Shown piece after piece: positions 37,968-46,120 of a stretch of DNA of 64,000 nt (position 1 is its first letter; the number at the start of each line of letters is the position of its first letter). This stretch comes from a virus. A model generated the notes under the pieces. The model was not told the origin of the DNA. It made no database searches and saw only the letters and a program-made list of their open reading frames with translations. The DNA is taken from positions 64,001-128,000 of IMG/VR virus record IMGVR_UViG_3300048113_001121; one strand, written 5' to 3'. A program made the translations under genes and the position numbers.

Positions 37968-38039
37968 CTTAGATAGGTTTAACAACCGAACAACGAGGCG
38001 TCAAATCTCACGCCTACAAGTCGAAAGACGGAGTCTAAG
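37968..38039 (+). ncRNA. Structured spacer RNA 3 (four-way junction)
   Basis: CTTAGA/TCTAAG closing GGTT/AACC, AGGCGT/ACGCCT and GTC-GAAA-GAC hairpins. Confidence 0.5.
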
Positions 38040-38050
38040 TGGAGTAATTA

Positions 38051-38288
38051 TACCGAATGGTGGAATTGGAAGACACGAGTCACTGTTAATGACTAATGTA
38101 TCACACATGATGAGAAATGGGGTAACATCCATAGTGAAAAGAAGGAGGATGAATTGCCCCTAGATTAATCATCTACTCAAGAATAGGTAAGAGTTTGTAG
38201 TACCTTAAAGATTTATTCCTAACCAATATTGTTTATACTCTATTGGGACATCCGTGACAGTTGTAGTTGGATAAAATAGACTGTTAAC
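38051..38288 (+). ncRNA. tRNA 5' half (Leu/Ser-type D-arm, Asn GUU anticodon arm) fused to a ~190-nt structured domain
   Basis: GGTGGAATTGGAAGACACG then AGTCA-CTGTTAA-TGACT; no canonical T-arm; stems GGGGTAA/TTGCCCC, CATCC/GGATG, CCAATA/TATTGG, CCGT.ACAGT/ACTGT..ACGG. Confidence 0.5.
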
Positions 38289-38362
38289 GGACTTTTAGCT
38301 CAGTTGGTTAGAGCACCGCACTCATAATGCGTAGGTCGATGGTTCGAGTCCATCAAGGTCCA
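38289..38362 (+). tRNA. tRNA with CAU anticodon, probably Ile2 (lysidine type) rather than Met
   Basis: Loop CT-CAT-AA; GGAC.TT/AAGGTCC-A acceptor resembles known bacterial tRNA-Ile2. Confidence 0.85.
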
Positions 38363-38407
38363 CTAGTGAGTTCTTTGACATAAAAATTAAATTAAAAAAT
38401 AGAAATT

Positions 38408-38743
38408 ATGGAAATAACATCATTTATTTTAGGTGTATGTACAGTCATTGTATTAGTAATGGTTGTGGGTACGTTTGTGAACTATATGACAACAAAGTCC
38501 TTAAAAGAGGAAATAAACCGACTGAATCGAGAAAACGAAAATCAGTATAACGAATCTGAAAAGATTAAAAAAGAACTAATAGATTATGTGGATAGTCTAC
38601 ATAATATTAGTGAAAATAACATGAACGAAGTCTACCGTCATATTGACAGTAGAGTAGATAAAACTGTAAATGGTATGAGCGAACACGTTGCAGAAATTTA
38701 TAGACAAATAGATAGTAACAAAAAATCCGTTGTTAACGGATAA
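38408..38743 (+). CDS. Single-TM coiled-coil protein flanked by a 15-bp inverted repeat
   Basis: ORF track; repeat arms at 38365-38379 and 38754-38768. Confidence 0.7.
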   Translation: MEITSFILGVCTVIVLVMVVGTFVNYMTTKSLKEEINRLNRENENQYNESEKIKKELIDYVDSLHNISENNMNEVYRHIDSRVDKTVNGMSEHVAEIYRQIDSNKKSVVNG

Positions 38744-38872
38744 TAAATAAAACGTTAAAGAACTCACTTTTTAACTATGCACGAAAAAACCATCATTAGG
38801 TAACTTTTTTACACTTAATGTTGGTTTTTTCATGCATTTACCATATATTTGTACTCTAATAAAAAAACACTT

Positions 38873-39088
38873 ATGGGTAATATACTTAGTAAAATTGCAG
38901 ACATGGAAGAAGATGGTACACTACCAAAATTTAACCCTAACTATTATGTTGACGTTTTAAACTTAGCCAGAACGAAAGGACTAAGATTAGAGGTTATGTA
39001 TACAGCTATGGATATTGTTAGAGAGCAACCTAATTTAACTAATGAGGTCGCCATTATTCAATCGGCTAAAAAATGGAATTTAGTATAA
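38873..39088 (+). CDS. Hypothetical protein
   Basis: TATATTTG at 38844; long hairpin 38777-38837 upstream. Confidence 0.65.
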   Translation: MGNILSKIADMEEDGTLPKFNPNYYVDVLNLARTKGLRLEVMYTAMDIVREQPNLTNEVAIIQSAKKWNLV

Positions 39089-39091
39089 AAA

Positions 39092-39165
39092 GCTTCCTTA
39101 GCTCAGTTGGCTAGAGCAGCTGATTTGTAATCAGCAGGTCGTGGGTTCGAGTCCCTCAGGAAGCT
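39092..39165 (+). tRNA. tRNA-Thr(UGU)
   Basis: Full cloverleaf, loop TT-TGT-AA. Confidence 0.93.
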
Positions 39166-39180
39166 CAAAATTTATTTATT

Positions 39181-39480
39181 ATGAGTCTTAAAAAAATACA
39201 AGAGGAATATAGAGAAACACCAAACAAGGAGTTAGTTAGTGCTGTGTTCGATAATTTTATATTTGGTCTACTTGGGGCAATCTTAGTTGTCTTTATCGCA
39301 GAAAGAGTGGATATATTAGTACTTTTAGGGTATATGATTTACTACTTTTTCTTAGGGAGAGTTGTTAATAGACCTAAATACGTAACAAGTTTAGGTAAAT
39401 TTATTATATTTCCTGTACCAACCGCAATAGGGGCGTTTGTAGGATATAAATTGGCTTATTATTTAACACTTTTATTTTAA
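39181..39480 (+). CDS. Small multi-TM membrane protein
   Basis: Three hydrophobic segments. Confidence 0.65.
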   Translation: MSLKKIQEEYRETPNKELVSAVFDNFIFGLLGAILVVFIAERVDILVLLGYMIYYFFLGRVVNRPKYVTSLGKFIIFPVPTAIGAFVGYKLAYYLTLLF

Positions 39481-39709
39481 AATTATGAAATTTTCAATAT
39501 CAACTATAGTATCTCAAATTTATCTTATACCATATATGAAAATAACTTACGATAGATTTCTAAATGGTGATTTAGAACTGTGTATAGGTTGGATTAATAA
39601 AGAAATAGTTATATCAATTTAAAAAAAAATAATATTTTTAGTAAAACTTAAAGAAATATTACTTATATTTGTACCAACGAAATAATTAAACATTTAAAAA
39701 AATAAAAAC

Positions 39710-39889
39710 ATGGGTAAAGAAGAAACAATTGCACCTGAGGTGAAGTCAAAAGTAGAAGAGTACGCTTACAAGCACTACAAAATGTTCAAAAACAAAACAC
39801 TTTTAATTAGTGAGAAAGAGAATTGTTTTCTCGTGTCTTCACACAAAGACGGCTCACCATTAGTGTTAGGTAAATCAATTTTAAATTAA
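39710..39889 (+). CDS. Small hypothetical protein (59 aa)
   Basis: Hand-translated MGKEETIAPE...GKSILN; TATATTTG at 39664. Confidence 0.6.
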   Translation: MGKEETIAPEVKSKVEEYAYKHYKMFKNKTLLISEKENCFLVSSHKDGSPLVLGKSILN

Positions 39890-39898
39890 ATAATTAAT

Positions 39899-40186
39899 AT
39901 GGCTTATAAAAATCAAAAAGGTGAGAACCTTTATCTATTTGGTTGGTTGGAAGCTCCCGCAGGAACTGTGGGTACTAAAGACTTCCGACCAACCACAGGA
40001 GGGAATAGTGAATGGGCAATGACCAAACGTGAGGCAATCGCTAAAGTTAATCGACAACAAAAAGAGTCTCAAAAAAAGTATCCAACTCATGTTCGTTTAC
40101 GTGTGGACCCTAATACTGTTAGGAGAGCAAAGACTTATGAACAGTTCGCATCTTTTGATAGAGGTCTAATTATGATGACCATTTAA
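39899..40186 (+). CDS. Hypothetical protein
   Basis: ORF track. Confidence 0.65.
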   Translation: MAYKNQKGENLYLFGWLEAPAGTVGTKDFRPTTGGNSEWAMTKREAIAKVNRQQKESQKKYPTHVRLRVDPNTVRRAKTYEQFASFDRGLIMMTI

Positions 40187-40278
40187 CGTTTTTTGGGAAC
40201 CAATAATGTGATTATAAGAAGGTAAGTTTTGTATTTATAGTGTTAAACTAAACAATTCAAAACTTATCTCTCTTAATA

Positions 40279-41883
40279 ATGAAAAAAATACTATTTTTAT
40301 TAATCTTCCTAAACACATTTTTAGTAAAAGGTCAATGTGACATTTCAATTAATGACTTTAATTTTACCACAGGAGAATTAGTGGTGGAAGTCATTAACTC
40401 AGAAAACTGTGGATGTAATGACCTCACCGATATTGAAACCACCTGTAATACTTCAAGTAGTGGTTCTATTCAAAATAATGAAACAATAAGTCATATTGTT
40501 TTAGGTTTACACTTAGATGGTTTTGATTACCAATGGACTGATTGCGTCAGTGGTAATAACCATCCAGGGTGGACCTTTAAAAGTAAAAGTTTTTTTGGTA
40601 ATTCTGTTTTAGAAACAGGCGACACATGGAGTACTAACATCTATGATTTTTATGGCTCCACCAATGACTGCTGGTCCGATATTTTATCAAATAATGAAGA
40701 GTGTGTTGAATTAGTCATTTGGCAAATTAACCTATCTCAAACTTCTGAAGTTGCAGATGGAGGATGGGCAGTTAATCCTAATGTGGCTAATCAAACTCAA
40801 AATTATCCTGATTTTAATTTATTAGACAATGTGGTTACTATGTGTCCTGTGGTTTTCCCTGGTTGTACCGACCCTTTCGCACTAAACTATAATGAGGACG
40901 CAACAGAGGATGACGGTACTTGTGTTTTTTCAATAGGTCCCGACCCAATCATAATTGATGTTACTATTTCTGAAGAAGAATGTGAAGTATTTGATGCGGG
41001 TATTTTATCATCATTCGTTTATGAAGCAACTTTAGTAAACATAGGGACTGAAGCGGTTACAAATTTTTGCCTTAGTGATTTTTTAGGTACCACTTTTAAT
41101 TGTTTTAATGGGGTTTCTAATTTAGCAGTCTGGATTCAACCTGGAGATACGATTACCGTGAGTGGTACGATTAATGGAGCGGGTACATGGATATCAGGAC
41201 AAGGTAATTACTTTACAATTACGAGTGTACCTAATGAAATTATTACTGGTAATAATAACTTTGTATTTAATATGGTAACCGGTGTTGATTGTGAACTACC
41301 TCCACCCCCATGTGATACTATCTACGTAACTGAAACAGAATTCTTAACTGACACTATCTACGTAACTGAAACAGAATTCTTAACTGACACTATCTACGTA
41401 ACTGAAACAGAATTCTTAACTGACACCCTTTATATAACACAAACCCTTACGGATACAGTAGAAGTCTTGGTGGATAATTACATTTATGAAACTGATACAC
41501 TAACAGTTATTGAAACTCAGTTAATTGATTGTGAAACTGGAGAAGAATGTGTTGACCCACCAGGATTAAGTGAATGTTGGCCTTGGACAGTTTATATCCC
41601 AAATACGTTCACCCCAAATAATGACGGAATTAATGATATATGGCAAATTATATATGATTTAGATTGTTGGGTTGACGTGGAGTTTAAAATTTTTAATAGG
41701 TGGGGGTCTCAAATATATTATGGATTTGTTGAGGATTTTGAAACTTACCCGTATTGGGATGGGAGTATAAATGGTGGAGATTATTATGTTTCAGATGGGG
41801 TATATCTTTACACTTTTTATGGTCGTAAAAGTGATTCACCTGAGATTTTAGAGGAGTCTGGATATATAACAATATTTAGGTAA
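40279..41883 (+). CDS. Secreted protein with T9SS type-B (gliding-motility-associated) C-terminal domain
   Basis: Signal peptide; GCTDPFALNY..A..DDGTC repeat; C-terminal YIPNTFTPNNDGIND.W...IFNRWG...WDG...DGVY.Y...G.ITIFR. Confidence 0.88.
   Translation: MKKILFLLIFLNTFLVKGQCDISINDFNFTTGELVVEVINSENCGCNDLTDIETTCNTSSSGSIQNNETISHIVLGLHLDGFDYQWTDCVSGNNHPGWTFKSKSFFGNSVLETGDTWSTNIYDFYGSTNDCWSDILSNNEECVELVIWQINLSQTSEVADGGWAVNPNVANQTQNYPDFNLLDNVVTMCPVVFPGCTDPFALNYNEDATEDDGTCVFSIGPDPIIIDVTISEEECEVFDAGILSSFVYEATLVNIGTEAVTNFCLSDFLGTTFNCFNGVSNLAVWIQPGDTITVSGTINGAGTWISGQGNYFTITSVPNEIITGNNNFVFNMVTGVDCELPPPPCDTIYVTETEFLTDTIYVTETEFLTDTIYVTETEFLTDTLYITQTLTDTVEVLVDNYIYETDTLTVIETQLIDCETGEECVDPPGLSECWPWTVYIPNTFTPNNDGINDIWQIIYDLDCWVDVEFKIFNRWGSQIYYGFVEDFETYPYWDGSINGGDYYVSDGVYLYTFYGRKSDSPEILEESGYITIFR
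41317..41424 (+). repeat. Three perfect tandem 36-bp units encoding TIYVTETEFLTD
   Basis: (actatctacgtaactgaaacagaattcttaactgac)x3, in frame, no spacers. Confidence 0.95.
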
Positions 41884-41884
41884 T

Positions 41885-42304
41885 ATGAAAACATTACTAA
41901 TCCCATTACTTCTCTTTATACCATTTAACTCTATTTCCCAATGTCAACAATATGTGTTTTCAACTGTTCCTGCAACGGAATGGTCCACATGGACATATGT
42001 CAATTGTGAAACATTAGATACTAACACATTTAGTATACCATGTTGTCAATACACTTTACCTCGTTGTGCAATCATAGGTTCACCAACTTTAATCGAAGGT
42101 GACGGGTTCCATGCCCTAATGGTTAATCCTGTAGGGGAACCTTGGGAAGATTGTGAACAATACAATGAGGAACCATGTGTTGGTGACATTGATGGTGACG
42201 GAATCATCACTGTTTTGGATTTATTATTATACCTTTCAGAACCGTATGTAGGTATAGGTGATTTAGAAGGTATTATTCAGAATTTTGGAAATCAATGTGA
42301 TTAA
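41885..42304 (+). CDS. Secreted Cys-rich protein with dockerin/EF-hand-like motif
   Basis: Signal peptide; GDIDGDGIITVLDLLLYL. Confidence 0.65.
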   Translation: MKTLLIPLLLFIPFNSISQCQQYVFSTVPATEWSTWTYVNCETLDTNTFSIPCCQYTLPRCAIIGSPTLIEGDGFHALMVNPVGEPWEDCEQYNEEPCVGDIDGDGIITVLDLLLYLSEPYVGIGDLEGIIQNFGNQCD

Positions 42305-42362
42305 TTTAAAATATTAATTTACTGATAAGTTTTTTTATCTTATATTATTACAAATTAATAAT

Positions 42363-42749
42363 ATGAGATTAGCACTTATTGCCCATGACGGTAAAAAATC
42401 AGATATGGTAGCGTTTGTCATGAAACGTTTAAAATTCTTTAACAACAACAACGTATCATTAGTAACCACAGGTACAACAGGTAAAAAAATTACACACGCA
42501 GGTATCGATAAAGTTGAAGCAGTAAACAGTGGTCCTTTAGGTGGTGATGCTGAAATTGGGGCTATGGTTACTCGTGGAGAAATAGACGGTGTAATATTCT
42601 TTAGGGACCCGTTAGATAAACATCCACACGATGTAGATATTTCAATGTTAATGAGGTTATGTGATGTTCATAATATACCGTTAGCCACCAATTATAAGAG
42701 TGGACATATAATGGTTAAATATTTTGATTCTAAGTTGAATGTGAATTAA
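42363..42749 (+). CDS. mgsA: Methylglyoxal synthase
   Basis: ALIAHD.KK, TTGTTG, SGPLGGD.EIG, FFRDPL..HPHDVDI, IPLATN. Confidence 0.93.
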   Translation: MRLALIAHDGKKSDMVAFVMKRLKFFNNNNVSLVTTGTTGKKITHAGIDKVEAVNSGPLGGDAEIGAMVTRGEIDGVIFFRDPLDKHPHDVDISMLMRLCDVHNIPLATNYKSGHIMVKYFDSKLNVN

Positions 42750-42772
42750 ATTTTTATTATAATTAAAACGTT

Positions 42773-43363
42773 ATGAACACTAAAAACAAAAAACATCTTA
42801 TAGTTATTGGTCACCCCGACCACAAATCGTTTTGTTATAATGGTATCTTTAAGACTATTATTAACGAATTAGAAAATGGTGGTGAAACGTATAAAATAAT
42901 TGATGTCTATGAAGATAAATTACATAGAAACAAAGAAGAGCTGATTAAAGAATATCAAAGTTTAGTTACGTGGTCAACTCACATTTATTTTATATCTCCC
43001 GTTTGGTGGTTTAGAATGGTACCTAAAATGGAAACCTTTTTTGATGAGGTTTTTACACCTGGATTTGCCTATAAATTTGTACCTTTATTTGGTATGTACG
43101 CATACCCAAAACCATTTCTTAGTGATAAAAAAGTTAGAACATATATCACACATGGGGCACCGATGTTACCTGTTATTACATTGTATCTTAATTCAGTTAA
43201 GTTGAGATTAGTGATGGGAGTTTATACTTTTGTTTTTGGTTGGAGTCCATCAAGATGGCGTAAAACTAAACAGTTTTGGTCTGTTCCTTTTGTTAGTGAC
43301 AAAAAACGTAAGAAATATTTAGAAATAGTTAAAAAAGACATTAAAAGAGATTTAAGAAAATGA
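42773..43363 (+). CDS. Flavodoxin-like NAD(P)H:quinone oxidoreductase (MdaB/KefF family)
   Basis: GHPD..SF, SPVWWF..P...FFD.VF..GFAY, THG. Confidence 0.8.
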   Translation: MNTKNKKHLIVIGHPDHKSFCYNGIFKTIINELENGGETYKIIDVYEDKLHRNKEELIKEYQSLVTWSTHIYFISPVWWFRMVPKMETFFDEVFTPGFAYKFVPLFGMYAYPKPFLSDKKVRTYITHGAPMLPVITLYLNSVKLRLVMGVYTFVFGWSPSRWRKTKQFWSVPFVSDKKRKKYLEIVKKDIKRDLRK

Positions 43364-43502
43364 AAAATTTGAAAAAGGTATTTAACCGACAAGGTAAAAC
43401 TGAGTCACAGATGAAAGCAAGTTATCTTGGAGCGTTTGTAGGTTTTGTGGGTATGTTAGTATTGGGGGTAATTTATTTATTAATGAAATTATTAACTTAA
43501 GT

Positions 43503-44042
43503 ATGACAAAAATAATTAATTTGTTTGGTGGACCCTGTTCAGGAAAGTCTACGATATCATCTGGTTTATTTTACGAACTTAAACGAAGAGATATAAGTTG
43601 TGATAACCCTTATGAGTTTCCTAAGCAAGTTGCTTGGGAAAAAAATGATTCTCAAATAAATGACCAACTATTCATATTTGCTAATCAACATAGAGGTATA
43701 GTACGTTCTTACGGTAAAGTAGATTATATAATTGTGGACTCACCTATTTTACTTTCTTTAGCGTATAAAAATGGATATGAAAGTGGTTATCCATCAACAT
43801 TATATAATGACACTTTTGATAAAATGGTTTTAGACGTATTCAACAAGTATGAAAATATAAATATTTTTTTAGACCGACCTGATAATTTTCAAGATGAAGG
43901 TAGATTACAAAACCATAAAGAGTCTTTAGATTTTGACAATAAAATAAAATCAATAATGGATAAAAACGAAATAAGTTATAGAACATTAAAAGTTAATGAT
44001 AAAACTATAGAATATATACTAACATTTACATTAGGGTTATAA
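43503..44042 (+). CDS. NadR-like/AAA_28 P-loop kinase
   Basis: GGPCSGKST, E..K..AW, IIVDSP. Confidence 0.75.
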   Translation: MTKIINLFGGPCSGKSTISSGLFYELKRRDISCDNPYEFPKQVAWEKNDSQINDQLFIFANQHRGIVRSYGKVDYIIVDSPILLSLAYKNGYESGYPSTLYNDTFDKMVLDVFNKYENINIFLDRPDNFQDEGRLQNHKESLDFDNKIKSIMDKNEISYRTLKVNDKTIEYILTFTLGL

Positions 44043-44228
44043 TAATAAAATAATATTATGGAACATAGAAGATTATACGAAATTAAAATAGAAACTCTTG
44101 AAAAAGAAAATGAATCCTTAAAAAAAGAACTTGAAAAACAAGAATTAATTAAGGAGGGATATAAAGAAGAAATTTCTAAATGGAATAAAAAATATAAAGA
44201 TTTACGAAAACAAATAACAGGATAAGAT

Positions 44229-44471
44229 ATGGGATTTCACAAAAGATGGATTACTGAAGAGGTATTAGTTGATAGGTTTAGAAAAGGGGGTATCTCCGAG
44301 ATTGAGTCATATTTAGGACATGCTGACGCATTTGTAACAAACGATAAACTATCAAGTGAAGTTATCGATTTATTTAATACGCCACATTTAGATAATATTG
44401 AAAGATGGGATTTAATTTCTAATTTAATCTCAATTAGAACCATAGAAATTGATATGAAAGATTTTAAATAA
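44229..44471 (+). CDS. Hypothetical protein
   Basis: ORF track. Confidence 0.6.
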   Translation: MGFHKRWITEEVLVDRFRKGGISEIESYLGHADAFVTNDKLSSEVIDLFNTPHLDNIERWDLISNLISIRTIEIDMKDFK

Positions 44472-44523
44472 TGTTTTATTAATTAAACATTATTAACTAT
44501 ATTTGTTTAAATAAATAAACATT

Positions 44524-45027
44524 ATGAATATATTTGTATTAGATTGGGACGTAAAAAAATGTGCAGAATATCATAACGACAAACATGTTGTTAAAATGAT
44601 TTTAGAAACCGCTCAACTTCTTTGTGGGGTACACCATATTGTTAACAAAGACAATACTGACATCCCTTATAAATTATCACATAAAAACCATCCATGTTCT
44701 ATATGGGCACGTGAAAGTCTAACTAATTATCTATGGTTATGTGAGTTAGGTTTAGAACTTTGTAAGGAATATACCTACCGGTACGGTAAACGTCATAAGT
44801 CTTTAGATGTTATAGAATGGTGTGTTGTGAATAAACCTAATATTCTTGATAAAGATTTAACAGAACCCGCTAAGGCGATGCCTGAAAAATATAAAGTTAA
44901 ATCTGTTGTTGAATCTTATAGAAACTATTATCTTGGTGATAAAGCTTACTTTTCTAAATGGAAAAATAGAGAAACTCCTGAGTGGTTTAATCAGGGAGTA
45001 GAGAGTAAACTTTCCCTAGTTTCTTAA
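44524..45027 (+). CDS. denV: Pyrimidine-dimer DNA glycosylase (T4 endonuclease V-like)
   Basis: MNIF.LD......A..H.DKHVVKMILETAQLL, H.NHPC..W, YR.YY; TATATTTG at 44498. Confidence 0.8.
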   Translation: MNIFVLDWDVKKCAEYHNDKHVVKMILETAQLLCGVHHIVNKDNTDIPYKLSHKNHPCSIWARESLTNYLWLCELGLELCKEYTYRYGKRHKSLDVIEWCVVNKPNILDKDLTEPAKAMPEKYKVKSVVESYRNYYLGDKAYFSKWKNRETPEWFNQGVESKLSLVS

Positions 45028-46048
45028 TTAGTTTTTTTGATGTGGTTTTTAAATATTTTTCTATATCAGTATAGAATTTCATAACATTATTTTCATACTT
45101 ATCAAACCCTTTTTGGTATTTATCAAATTGTTTAGCCTTATCTCCCATAAAACCTATCTCAGCTTCTAAATCGTTATCAACTAATGAGTCACCATAATTT
45201 TGTCGTCTATTGTTAGAGGCACTTATGTACGCAATACGTAACACTAAATTAACTTTTTCATCGTCACTCAAATTATTTAAGTCTGTACCAATATCAACTT
45301 GACTTAATAGTTCATCTACAGAATCCATATTTGAGTATATTTCCTTTACCATTTCATCCACACTAAATCTCATTGATTCCATAACTATAAAGTATTCTTT
45401 TTTAAGGAAATCTAAAAATCCAGACTTACCAATACCTTTAGTTTTTAATTTGGCATAAAGTTCTGTTGGTCTTACAGAATTTTCTATCTCATCTAAATAA
45501 TATAAATCATAGAACATTCTTTGTATCGCACTTATTGGGAAGTCAAACATCTCAGTATTTGCTTGGTACTCTGAAACTTTTTCAACATTAGTATACGGTG
45601 TTTTTAAATCGTCAAACTCATGTTTTAATTCGTGAGATAGGGCACTTACTGTTTGTACTTTTGATTTATTTATTGAATCTATCACATCTTTTACCGACCA
45701 ATCTTCAGGTACTGGTTTATCTATAGATAATATAACCTTACCATTTTTATTAACTTTCATCAAAACATAATCACTACCTACCTTACCTATAGTATTTTTT
45801 CTATAAACCATCATATTAGCCTCACCATACTTATCACTATCAGGTCTGAGTGTTAAATCTATTTCCACATCATTTATTTCTTCATCTCCAATCATGTAAG
45901 GTTCAACGGGTTTAAAATTAACTTTATATTCGGTTTGACCGTCTTTTATCATATGGGTAACCTTTGACTTAAAATCGTTATATAATTTTTCGCCAGCATC
46001 TACAATACCTTTTGGAACCCCAACCGCTTCGTTTAATTTTATACTCAT
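44987..46048 (-). CDS. HExxH (zincin-like) protein with LNE leader
   Basis: ALSHELKH...E; TATTTATA box at 46086. Confidence 0.65.
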   Translation of the reverse strand: MSIKLNEAVGVPKGIVDAGEKLYNDFKSKVTHMIKDGQTEYKVNFKPVEPYMIGDEEINDVEIDLTLRPDSDKYGEANMMVYRKNTIGKVGSDYVLMKVNKNGKVILSIDKPVPEDWSVKDVIDSINKSKVQTVSALSHELKHEFDDLKTPYTNVEKVSEYQANTEMFDFPISAIQRMFYDLYYLDEIENSVRPTELYAKLKTKGIGKSGFLDFLKKEYFIVMESMRFSVDEMVKEIYSNMDSVDELLSQVDIGTDLNNLSDDEKVNLVLRIAYISASNNRRQNYGDSLVDNDLEAEIGFMGDKAKQFDKYQKGFDKYENNVMKFYTDIEKYLKTTSKKLIKKLGKVYSLLPD

Positions 46049-46120
46049 ACTTTTCTATTTGGCATTTTTTACTTACCTTTGTTACTATAAATATAACGTT
46101 AAAACTAAAATTAAAAAAAT

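Noticed and set aside
37216-39165. Prophage attachment site or integrative element at the tRNAs
   Set aside because: No integrase and no duplicated tRNA 3' end in the window; the tRNAs are embedded in phage-style gene context.
41317-41424. 36-bp repeats as a CRISPR array (36 bp is a common Bacteroidota repeat length)
   Set aside because: Units are directly tandem with no spacers and are in frame in a coding gene; no cas genes nearby.
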